A stretch of 60,591 nt of DNA, the filler included. It is 5 parts of 5 records of this genome, joined end to end, with 100 filler letters (N's around TTAATTAATTAA, not from the genome) between each part and the next. Parts side by side here need not be neighbours in the genome. Positions count along the whole stretch, not along the records: positions 21,154 to 36,535 come from DRR723986_21767; positions 36,636 to 55,186 come from DRR723986_21794; 3 more parts are not named here. One strand, given 5' to 3'. Below are positions 32,116 through 39,380 of this stretch, piece by piece. Position 1 is the stretch's first letter. Every line of letters begins with the position of its first letter. The notes beneath the pieces were generated by a model that was given only the letters and a program-made list of their open reading frames with translations, had not been told where the DNA came from and ran no database searches. Both the position numbers and the translations under genes were made by a program.

Positions 32116-34248
32116 GTGCACAAACTTGATACGCTGTTTTTACGTTCTCTTCTGGCTTTCGCCCTCTGCTGCATGTGTTCCCTTCCCGTTTCAGCACAGG
32201 ATATTGCGGCGGCATGGACACAGGATACCTGGGCGTCTAATGCCGATATAGTCGTTTTGGAGGAGTTTGATGGCCGGATCTTCGCGGGCATCAGCAACAC
32301 AGGCCTATTCTATAGTGATGATAATGGTGACAGCTGGCGCAGCCTCATCGACAAACTACCCATGCAGCGCATATTTTGCCTGCTAAAAACGGACATGGCA
32401 TTGTATGTTGGTGGCCTCAATGGGATATTCCGCTCCATTGACAAGGGCGAAAGCTGGCTGCCTCTGCGCACTGAATCGGGAGAAGCACTGCCCCTGATTA
32501 TTGATATGGCACAACTTGGTTCAACGATCATTGCGGCAAACAGTTCAGCTCTCTACACCAGCGATGAATTGAGTGAGGCCTGGCAGAAACTGGAGCTGGC
32601 AGAAAACGAAACGCTTAACGCCGTCAATTACATAGAAACCCACAATGACCTTCTCTACCTGGAAGAGAATGGCATGACACACAGTCTGGACATTCTGCAA
32701 GACCTGGAGTCACGCAGACTGCAGAGAGTCAATACTGAAGCTCATATTTCCAGCATGTTAAAGACAGTGGATGGCAGCTTGTATAATGCCGATCATTATT
32801 CAAGCGCAGGACGTATAATTTTCCGTTTAAACGACGCGGACCAGAGCTGGCAAGACATCAGCAATAACATTCCCCATGGAACTGTTGTTTACGATCTTGT
32901 AGCTAGTCAGGACCGCCATTACATTGCAAGTAGTAACGGAGTTTTCGAGAGTAAGGATGCGCGCAACTGGCAGAGCATTCACACGAATTCGCCGGCCTTT
33001 GCCTGTAAACGTTTAACACTTGCGGATGGATACCTGTTAATCGGCGCTTTTGCAAGCGGAGTGCATCGTTTTGAGCCGGGGAGCCCATCTGCAGATATTA
33101 CACCAGTGAACCTGGGCCTTAACAGTTGGGAACCCTTGCAAGTGTGGCAATCTGAACATATGGTCTTTGCGCAGCACATTAGCTCGGGCTCATTAACCAA
33201 AGAGCGTGGGACAAGTGACGAATGGACCGACCTGCAAACCGACAACGAAAATGCACAATCACTAACAATCAGCGATATTGTCGAATCTGAGGGGCAGCTG
33301 CACATGTTGGCAGGCTCCCTCTATAATTCAACCGACGGTGGCCGCACCTGGCAAGTGCGGGATCCAAGAGTTCTGCACTCACTTGGTGAGAAAAAGCTGA
33401 TTGCCGCCGGCGCAGACGTTTTTGGATTTGAAGACTCTCGGACCGTTTATATCAGGGCTGACAACAGCATCGAGTATTTGAGAACTCCCGAAGACATTGA
33501 CTTCACTTCCGCAGTTGCTCAGAACGGCGCAATTTTTGGCGCGGCGATCGACGGTCGCGTATTCCAGAGTACAGACCAGGCACGCAGCTGGCTGGATATA
33601 GGCACGGGTCTGCACAATTCCCCCATACTTAACATGTGGGCCGACGATGAGAGGATTCTGGGTGTAACATCCACCAGCCTTCTGGAATCGCGCGACGCCG
33701 GAGGAACCTGGACTGAAATCAATATCGATGCACTCGGCGAAGGCGGGCCACTCCTCGATGTCACCGTCGAGCAAGGTACTATTTACCTCCTGCAAGACCG
33801 TGGAATCTGGTTTCAACGCAGCACAAGCGATGACTGGACGGCCTTAAGCCTTGAGGGCTTGCCGCCTGAGTTCATCCTGAGCGCAATGTCGATTCGCAAC
33901 GACCGTATTTACGTCGGCGGCAATGGCGGCAGCATCTTCACAACAACCTTGCAAAGGCGGGCCTCAAGTGTCGCTGAAGTCTCTGTTAACATTCACGATC
34001 TGCAGTTCAGCCCCAATCCAGTTAAACAGAATTCGAGCATGACGTTCACACTCGCGCAGGCAAGTGACATTGAAATCAGCATCTACGACTTGCTGGGCAA
34101 CTCCGTCCACAAGCCAATGCGCAGCTTCCGCAGCGCCGGTAGTTTCACACAGGATATCAATACCAGGGGTTTAACATCCGGTCAATATATCCTGGTGATT
34201 CGCGCAGGCGCAGAGACGCTATCGCAGCAATTCAGCGTCCTTCGCTAA
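32116..34248 (+). CDS. T9SS type A cargo, Asp-box beta-propeller (paralog 2)
   Basis: GLFYSDDNGDSW, LNSW.P..VWQ, CTD SPNP...TSGQY. Confidence 0.82.
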   Translation: MHKLDTLFLRSLLAFALCCMCSLPVSAQDIAAAWTQDTWASNADIVVLEEFDGRIFAGISNTGLFYSDDNGDSWRSLIDKLPMQRIFCLLKTDMALYVGGLNGIFRSIDKGESWLPLRTESGEALPLIIDMAQLGSTIIAANSSALYTSDELSEAWQKLELAENETLNAVNYIETHNDLLYLEENGMTHSLDILQDLESRRLQRVNTEAHISSMLKTVDGSLYNADHYSSAGRIIFRLNDADQSWQDISNNIPHGTVVYDLVASQDRHYIASSNGVFESKDARNWQSIHTNSPAFACKRLTLADGYLLIGAFASGVHRFEPGSPSADITPVNLGLNSWEPLQVWQSEHMVFAQHISSGSLTKERGTSDEWTDLQTDNENAQSLTISDIVESEGQLHMLAGSLYNSTDGGRTWQVRDPRVLHSLGEKKLIAAGADVFGFEDSRTVYIRADNSIEYLRTPEDIDFTSAVAQNGAIFGAAIDGRVFQSTDQARSWLDIGTGLHNSPILNMWADDERILGVTSTSLLESRDAGGTWTEINIDALGEGGPLLDVTVEQGTIYLLQDRGIWFQRSTSDDWTALSLEGLPPEFILSAMSIRNDRIYVGGNGGSIFTTTLQRRASSVAEVSVNIHDLQFSPNPVKQNSSMTFTLAQASDIEISIYDLLGNSVHKPMRSFRSAGSFTQDINTRGLTSGQYILVIRAGAETLSQQFSVLR

Positions 34249-34521
34249 GACTGAAGCCTTTTAACCCAGAGATAACTTGAGACTTAGTTAATAACAAATC
34301 ACGCCTTGAGGTTCAAGCTCTGAAGGCTTTGAGTCTTGAGGTTTTGTGATTTCCGGCTTGAGACTCAGGCACAGGCTCAAAGACGGACGGCGCCGGACAC
34401 AGTGACGAGCAAAAGGCCTCTAATAAATATGAGACAAATCATTGCTAAAACTGTTCTCCGACTGTCTTTGAGACATATGTCGTAATCGTGCCACGCCGGC
34501 ACTCAAATCAGGGAAGATTTT

Positions 34522-36535
34522 ATGCCGGATTCTACAACATTCTCTTTGCGGGCCGCACTCACCGGCATCCTCCTCGTTGTTGTTTTAACATCACTATCGG
34601 CGCAAGAAATTTCCAGCCCCTGGACGCAGGAGACCTGGGACAGAAATCCACAGGTCGGGACCATACAGGAGCACAATGGACGCGTGTTTGCGGGCACAGA
34701 TAATGCCGGTTTGTTTTACAGCGACGACAATGGCGACAGCTGGATAAACCTGCGTCACAAACTTCCAATGCGAAGAATTTACCACATCCTGAATACAGAA
34801 AACACACTGTTTGCCGGCGGACCAGATGGGGTTTTTCAATCCACGGATGCCGGAGAGACCTGGACCGAAAGCCCGGCAGAACGCGGTATCGCACTCCGGG
34901 AAATTCTCGATATGGTGCAATTTGAGTCCAGCTACTTTGCTGTTAACAACACTTCTCTTTACCGCAGCCAGGGCGAAGACAAGACCTGGCAGAAAGTGGA
35001 ATTATCGGGAATACCAAACGCCGAATATTTGAATAATCTGGAAACACTTAACGACAACATCTATGTGTCCACCAACAAATCTCTGTTCAGGATGGACATC
35101 CCAAGCTCCACCCTCATAGAAATTGAAGCGCCGCTTGACAATGAAATTATCAGCATGCTGAAAGTTGTAAACGGACAGGTATTTTTCGCAGTTACAAGTA
35201 GCGGACCGGCCCTGTATCGTCTGAATATAGCCGCCAATACCTGGGAGAATGTCGGCGATGGTCTACCGGAAGGCGTCTCAGTTTTTGATATGCTTGCGAG
35301 TGACGGCAGATATTTCATTTCCAGCAGCAAAGGGCTGTTTACAAGTCCGGACGCGCTTAACTGGCAAGCGGCTTCCAATTCACTGGATGAGACCGTTTAC
35401 TTAAATGCCACTCTGGCGCAAGACTTTTTGTTGATAGGCACTTTTGGCAATGGCGTACATCGTTATGCAGTTAACGAGCCACAAAATGGATTCACCATAG
35501 TTAACAACAACTTAAACAGCTGGTCCCCAAGTCGCGTTTGGCAGACATCCGAGCGCCTGCTTGTTACAACGCCGGCCCTTGGCACACGCAGCAAGACGCC
35601 CGGCACAAATGAAGCCTGGACGAACATCACCGTTGATGGCACTGAGGCACGGCTGTTCGCCGCGGAAATCTTACCATTCAAAGACGAATGGTTGATGGCT
35701 GCCAGGTATCTGTACAGTTCAACAGATGGAGGACGCAGCTGGCAGTTACCGCAGCCAATTGAAGAGCAGGAGTATATTCAGCATCTACTTGTCACCAATG
35801 ATCACATTATTGGAATGAACAATATGCACGTCATAGAATACGCTGCCGACAAAAGTATTAGCACCCATGCTTTACCAACACAAGGTGTGGCGACTGCAAT
35901 TTCTTCCGTGCTCGCACAAGGCAATGCTATTTTTGTTGGCGATAGCCGGGGAGAACTTTACGTCAGCCATGACCAGGGCCGCAACTGGCAAACGATCGGC
36001 GCGGGACTACCGCGGTTCGCGATCCGGTTCATGTGGGCTAATGCCGACATGATGTTCACCGTGACACAATCGGGCAGTTACCACTCGCGCGACGGCGGAT
36101 TAAACTGGACTGACGCCAACTCTGCAGAACTGGGCTCCGGCAATTTTGTGCGAGATGTTACTGGCTACAAGAACCATGTTTATGTGTTAAGGCGCGACTC
36201 AATATTTGTCTCTGATTCCAGCTTCGATAGCTGGACTAAGCTAAGCAAGGACGGCCTTCCAGATGATGTCAGCCTGACGTCTATTGAAATTTACGAAGGA
36301 CAAGTCTACCTTGCTACCACAGGTGACGGCGTTTTTACGACGAGTCTGCAAGAGGTGACGTCGAGTGTCGAGACTGCACAACTTAAGATTCACAACCTTC
36401 AGATCAGGCCCAACCCTGCCAAACAGAACTCGAAGCTTGTTTACACACTGGAGCAAGCGACACCAGTCGAAATCAATGTCTTTGATCTGCTGGGTAATTC
36501 TGTGCTTGAGCCGATACGCGGCTATCGTGATGCCG
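34522..36535 (+). CDS. T9SS type A cargo, Asp-box beta-propeller (paralog 3, 3' truncated)
   Basis: Same motifs; runs into linker within the CTD. Confidence 0.8.
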
Positions 36536-36635
36536 NNNNNNNNNNNNNNNNNNNNNNNNNNNNNNNNNNNNNNNNNNNNTTAATTAATTAANNNNNNNNN
36601 NNNNNNNNNNNNNNNNNNNNNNNNNNNNNNNNNNN
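36536..36635. other. Artificial contig linker
   Basis: N-run with TTAATTAATTAA. Confidence 0.97.
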
Positions 36636-36647
36636 CACCATCGAGCC
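36636..36647 (-). tRNA. Probable 5' fragment of a further tRNA cut by contig end
   Basis: GGCTCGATGGTG.. resembles acceptor 5' strand plus D-arm start at array spacing. Confidence 0.4.
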
Positions 36648-36661
36648 ATTTTGCAAACAAG

Positions 36662-36748
36662 CGGAAGGCAAGGGATTTGAACCCTCATCACCTCTGTGGT
36701 GGCACGCATTAGCAGTGCGGCCCGGCAAACCGTATCCGGCTACCTTCC
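36662..36748 (-). tRNA. tRNA-Ser(GCT)
   Basis: Acceptor GGAAGGT/GCCTTCC, G73, loop CT-GCT-AA, long V arm. Confidence 0.85.
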
Positions 36749-36759
36749 GTAAAGTTGAG

Positions 36760-36832
36760 TGGACCGAAAGGGAATCGAACCCTTCTCACCGATCTTGCAA
36801 GGATCAGTCGCCCCCTTGGAACATGCCAGCCC
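36760..36832 (-). tRNA. tRNA-Ala(TGC) copy 1
   Basis: G3:U70, loop CT-TGC-AA, A73. Confidence 0.85.
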
Positions 36833-36855
36833 ATTCGTCATCAAACATCACCCAG

Positions 36856-36926
36856 AGGTCCGTCCGGGAATTGAACCCGGTCTTCGTCCATACCACAGAC
36901 GCGTGCTGCCGCAACACTTACAGACC
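36856..36926 (-). tRNA. tRNA-Thr(GGT), atypical acceptor
   Basis: Loop GT-GGT-AT; acceptor GGTCTGT/ACGGACC. Confidence 0.65.
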
Positions 36927-36937
36927 TTGTTAGTCAG

Positions 36938-37010
36938 TGATCGCGGATGGAATCGAACCATCGATCTTCTGGTTGTCACCCAGACGTCTTCGCCGCTGGA
37001 CCACGCGATC
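36938..37010 (-). tRNA. tRNA-Val(GAC)
   Basis: Stem TCTGG/CCAGA, loop GT-GAC-AA. Confidence 0.88.
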
Positions 37011-37023
37011 GCTTTCTAACCAG

Positions 37024-37098
37024 TAGTCGAGATACGAGTCGAACCTACAAAATCACTTGGCTCTCGACCAAGTCGCTTTTCCGTTTGCGTACTCGACC
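37024..37098 (-). tRNA. tRNA-Leu(GAG), short V arm, C33
   Basis: Loop TC-GAG-AG; 7-nt variable region; imperfect T stem. Confidence 0.7.
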
Positions 37099-37105
37099 AT
37101 CGAAG

Positions 37106-37174
37106 TAGCGGATCCGGGGGTCGCACCCGGCGGTCCTGGCTTATGAGGCCTGGCTGAGCACTGGCCCATCCGCG
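37106..37174 (-). tRNA. tRNA-Met(CAT), initiator-like, short D arm
   Basis: C1xU72 mismatch, loop CT-CAT-AA, T-loop TGCGACC. Confidence 0.7.
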
Positions 37175-37192
37175 GTGTTGTTTGAACTGAAG

Positions 37193-37262
37193 TTGCAGGT
37201 CTCGGTATCGAGCCGAGCACACCGACCTCATGACGGTCAGTTGGACACCTGTCGCACCTGCA
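37193..37262 (-). tRNA. tRNA with CAT anticodon (Met or Ile2), atypical
   Basis: Acceptor TGCAGGT/ACCTGCA, loop GT-CAT-GA, T-loop CTCGATA. Confidence 0.65.
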
Positions 37263-37279
37263 AGGTTGTTTTTGAAAAG

Positions 37280-37377
37280 TAGCCAAGGCGAGAGTTGAAC
37301 TCGCACGCCACACTGTCTTCCAATTGCAGTGCACGACATTCTGGTGCCTGCGTGTCTACCGGTTCCACCACTTGGCT
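37280..37377 (-). tRNA. tRNA-Leu(CAG), degenerate anticodon arm and very long V arm (possible pseudogene)
   Basis: Leu-type D arm GTGGTGGAACCGGTAGACAC; 6-nt loop CCAGAA; about 29-nt variable region. Confidence 0.55.
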
Positions 37378-37396
37378 GTTTGGTGTTTGCAAGAAG

Positions 37397-37475
37397 TAGC
37401 GCGGGAGGGAGTCGAACCCACAGACATGTCACGGAGGTTTGAGCTCCGTCGCTTTACCGGTTTGCGTACCGCGCC
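37397..37475 (-). tRNA. tRNA-Leu(CAA), short V arm
   Basis: Stem CGGAG/CTCCG, loop CT-CAA-AC, A73. Confidence 0.85.
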
Positions 37476-37490
37476 GTTTGGATTGAAAGG

Positions 37491-37563
37491 CGTCCCCGAT
37501 CGGATTTGAACCGACGACCTCTTGCGTGACAGGCAAGCGAGCACTCCGCTGCTCCACGAGGAC
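37491..37563 (-). tRNA. tRNA-Asp(GTC)
   Basis: Loop CT-GTC-AC, G73. Confidence 0.9.
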
Positions 37564-37580
37564 TTGTTGTTTGCAAAAAG

Positions 37581-37654
37581 TACGGGCACTCGGATTCGAA
37601 CCGAGACTAACTGGTTGGAAGCCAATCGTGCTAGCCGTTGGACACTACACCCGC
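37581..37654 (-). tRNA. tRNA-Gly(TCC)
   Basis: Loop CT-TCC-AA; G1:U72, A73. Confidence 0.8.
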
Positions 37655-37666
37655 ATATGGTTTGAG

Positions 37667-37740
37667 TAGCTCAGGTGGGACTCGAACCCACAGCATCTCT
37701 GGTTCTAAGCCAAAGTGGTCTGCTAATTGCCTACCGAGCC
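37667..37740 (-). tRNA. tRNA-Leu(TAG), short V arm
   Basis: Loop CT-TAG-AA; 6-nt variable region. Confidence 0.85.
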
Positions 37741-37757
37741 ATGTTGATTGAACTGAG

Positions 37758-37828
37758 TGGAGCACCAGGGAATCGAACCCTGATCTTCTGCTTGCAACAC
37801 AGACGTCTTCCCGTTGGACGAGCGCCCC
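37758..37828 (-). tRNA. tRNA-Ala(TGC) copy 2
   Basis: G3:U70, loop GT-TGC-AA. Confidence 0.85.
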
Positions 37829-37891
37829 ATTTGTTTCGTGTAAGAAGAGAAAGTTGCAGCGTTGCTGGTTCGCCGCTTTCCAACTTTTCAG

Positions 37892-37965
37892 TACCCAGAG
37901 CAGGGATCGAACCTGCAAACACTCGGGTTTAAGCCGAGTCGCTCTGCCGATTGGCGTACCTGGGC
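37892..37965 (-). tRNA. tRNA-Leu(TAA), short V arm
   Basis: Stem CTCGG/CCGAG, loop CT-TAA-AC; 5-nt variable region. Confidence 0.85.
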
Positions 37966-37977
37966 GTTTTCAATAAG

Positions 37978-38049
37978 TAGTCCTGGATGGAATCGAACCA
38001 TCGTTTCCTGCGTGTAAAACAGGTGTCGTAGCCGTTGGACCACAGGACT
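37978..38049 (-). tRNA. tRNA-Val(TAC)
   Basis: Loop TT-TAC-AC. Confidence 0.88.
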
Positions 38050-38069
38050 GTGTTTGTCGATCCGGAGAG

Positions 38070-38140
38070 CACGTCCCCAAGGATTTGAACCCTGACTTAC
38101 TGGTTTGGAATCAGCAGTGCTACCGTTACACCAAGGACGT
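38070..38140 (-). tRNA. tRNA-Trp(CCA)
   Basis: Loop TT-CCA-AA, G73. Confidence 0.88.
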
Positions 38141-38148
38141 GTTTGAAG

Positions 38149-38233
38149 TGGGAACGCAAGGAATCGCACCTCTCGCCGACTACCACACAATTAAAGGCAG
38201 AAGGGTTACAACCTCCCGTGTGGAAACGCTCCC
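38149..38233 (-). tRNA. tRNA-Tyr(GTA)-like, lacking a D arm
   Basis: Acceptor GGGAGCG/CGTTCCC, A73, loop TT-GTA-AC; only 10 nt in place of D arm; long V arm. Confidence 0.7.
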
Positions 38234-38261
38234 AAGTTGTCAGTCAAAACTGACGTTGAGG

Positions 38262-38344
38262 CGGAAGCCGTGGGACTCGAACCCACAACGGTTTGACCCG
38301 CAGCTGTTTTCAAGACAGTGTCCTCATCCGGCCGGGTGACTTCC
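38262..38344 (-). tRNA. tRNA-Ser(TGA)
   Basis: Loop CT-TGA-AA, G73, long V arm. Confidence 0.85.
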
Positions 38345-38365
38345 GAGTGTTGCGATTGCTCGCAG

Positions 38366-38440
38366 TGACGTGAGCGGGAATCGAACCCGCGAACTCCTGG
38401 CTGAGAACCAAGCGATTCTGCCATCAGAATCTACCACGCC
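38366..38440 (-). tRNA. tRNA-Glu(CTC)
   Basis: Loop TT-CTC-AG. Confidence 0.8.
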
Positions 38441-38465
38441 ATAAAGTTGCTTCGTTTGAAGCGAG

Positions 38466-38537
38466 TACCGCATGGGAGTTTCGATCTCCCTCCTGCTGTT
38501 CGAAAGACAGCCGACCTAGCCAGTAGTCGAATGCGGC
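38466..38537 (-). tRNA. tRNA-Glu(TTC)
   Basis: Stem GCTGT/ACAGC, loop CT-TTC-GA, T-loop ATCGAAA. Confidence 0.8.
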
Positions 38538-38545
38538 ATGTAAAG

Positions 38546-38621
38546 GGTGACCAACCGGAATTGAACCGGCGACGAACTCATTCACAGTGAGTCTCTGGAA
38601 ACCAGCACCAGATCTGGCCAC
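38546..38621 (-). tRNA. tRNA-His(GTG), no encoded G-1
   Basis: Loop CT-GTG-AA, C73, acceptor GTGGCCA/TGGTCAC. Confidence 0.85.
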
Positions 38622-38623
38622 AG

Positions 38624-38694
38624 TCGGGTATCAGTGAGTCGCACACTGTCCATGCGTGGTCCCAAACCACACCGCTTACTCCAAGCTATACCCG
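38624..38694 (-). tRNA. tRNA-Pro(TGG)
   Basis: C1:G72, A73, loop TT-TGG-GA; T-loop TGCGACT. Confidence 0.85.
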
Positions 38695-38708
38695 CAATTT
38701 TCATTCAG

Positions 38709-38783
38709 CGCCGAGGACAGGAATCGAACCTGTGTTTGCCTGGTTCAGAGCCAGGTGCAACGACCAGCAGTTGCCGCCTCGGT
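38709..38783 (-). tRNA. tRNA-Gln(CTG)
   Basis: Stem CCTGG/CCAGG, loop CT-CTG-AA, A1xC72, G73. Confidence 0.82.
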
Positions 38784-38801
38784 GTTTCAACTTCCAAGAA
38801 G

Positions 38802-38869
38802 CACTCCGTCCGGGAATCGCACCCGATCAGCGGGCTTCAAAGGCCCACGTCGCGTCTACGCGCCGGAGA
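38802..38869 (-). tRNA. tRNA-Gln(TTG), short/degenerate
   Basis: Loop CT-TTG-AA, 68 nt, two acceptor mismatches, T-loop TGCGATT. Confidence 0.6.
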
Positions 38870-38890
38870 GAATTGAATTGAAAGAACAAG

Positions 38891-38965
38891 CTCCGGCGGC
38901 AGGGATCGAACCTGCGACTAAGCGATTAACAGTCGCCCTCCCGTACCAACACAGGACCCACCGGA
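38891..38965 (-). tRNA. tRNA-Asn(GTT)
   Basis: U1:A72, G73, loop CT-GTT-AA. Confidence 0.88.
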
Positions 38966-38973
38966 ATGTAAAG

Positions 38974-39046
38974 TGGCGGGAGACGGACTCGAACCATCGA
39001 CCTCCAGGGTATGAACCTGGCGAGCTACCAACTGCTCCATCCCGCA
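38974..39046 (-). tRNA. tRNA-Met(CAT), initiator-like
   Basis: TGCGGGATGGAGCAGTTGGTAGCTCG, U1xC72 mismatch, loop TT-CAT-AC. Confidence 0.88.
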
Positions 39047-39047
39047 A

Positions 39048-39118
39048 AGCGCCCAGCGAGAATTGAACTCGCGTCTTCTGCATGGCAAGCAGATGGGTTA
39101 CCACTACACCATGGGCGC
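39048..39118 (-). tRNA. tRNA-Gly(GCC)
   Basis: GCGCCCA/TGGGCGC, U73, loop TT-GCC-AT. Confidence 0.92.
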
Positions 39119-39134
39119 AAAATTGCATCACAAC

Positions 39135-39152
39135 CAAATTGTCAAAGATCAG
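39135..39152 (-). promoter_or_regulatory. boxA-like antitermination element
   Basis: CTGATCTTTGACAATTTG resembles rrn boxA (TGCTCTTTAACAATT). Confidence 0.6.
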
Positions 39153-39173
39153 GGATGCACAAGGCATCTAAAG

Positions 39174-39266
39174 AGCACCGAGTCGGAATTGAACCGACGT
39201 CCCCTCGTTACGACGGAGCGGGCACCGACACGTAGTGTTGGTCGATTGCCGCTAGACGATCAGTGC
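39174..39266 (-). tRNA. tRNA-Thr(CGT) carrying an extra ~20-nt hairpin (possible pseudogene)
   Basis: GCACTGA/TCGGTGC acceptor, loop GT-CGT-AA, 93 nt. Confidence 0.6.
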
Positions 39267-39280
39267 TTGTTGTATTTCAG

Positions 39281-39353
39281 TGGGACCGGTGAGAATCGAA
39301 CTCACATCGTTCGGTTTAAGAGACCGATGCATTACCTTGTCTGCCACAATCCC
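39281..39353 (-). tRNA. tRNA-Lys(CTT)
   Basis: Stem TCGGT/ACCGA, loop CT-CTT-AA. Confidence 0.88.
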
Positions 39354-39380
39354 AAATTGTGTTTTCGTTGTTTCGTTCAG

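Noticed and set aside
38262-38344. Possible selenocysteine or opal suppressor tRNA (TCA seen on + strand)
   Set aside because: The gene is on the minus strand, so the anticodon is TGA (Ser); no stop-decoding anticodon was found in the array.
38891-38920. Array tRNA-Asn 3' end as att duplicate of tRNA-Asn at 50975
   Set aside because: It has several mismatches and is part of a complete tRNA; similarity reflects shared isotype.
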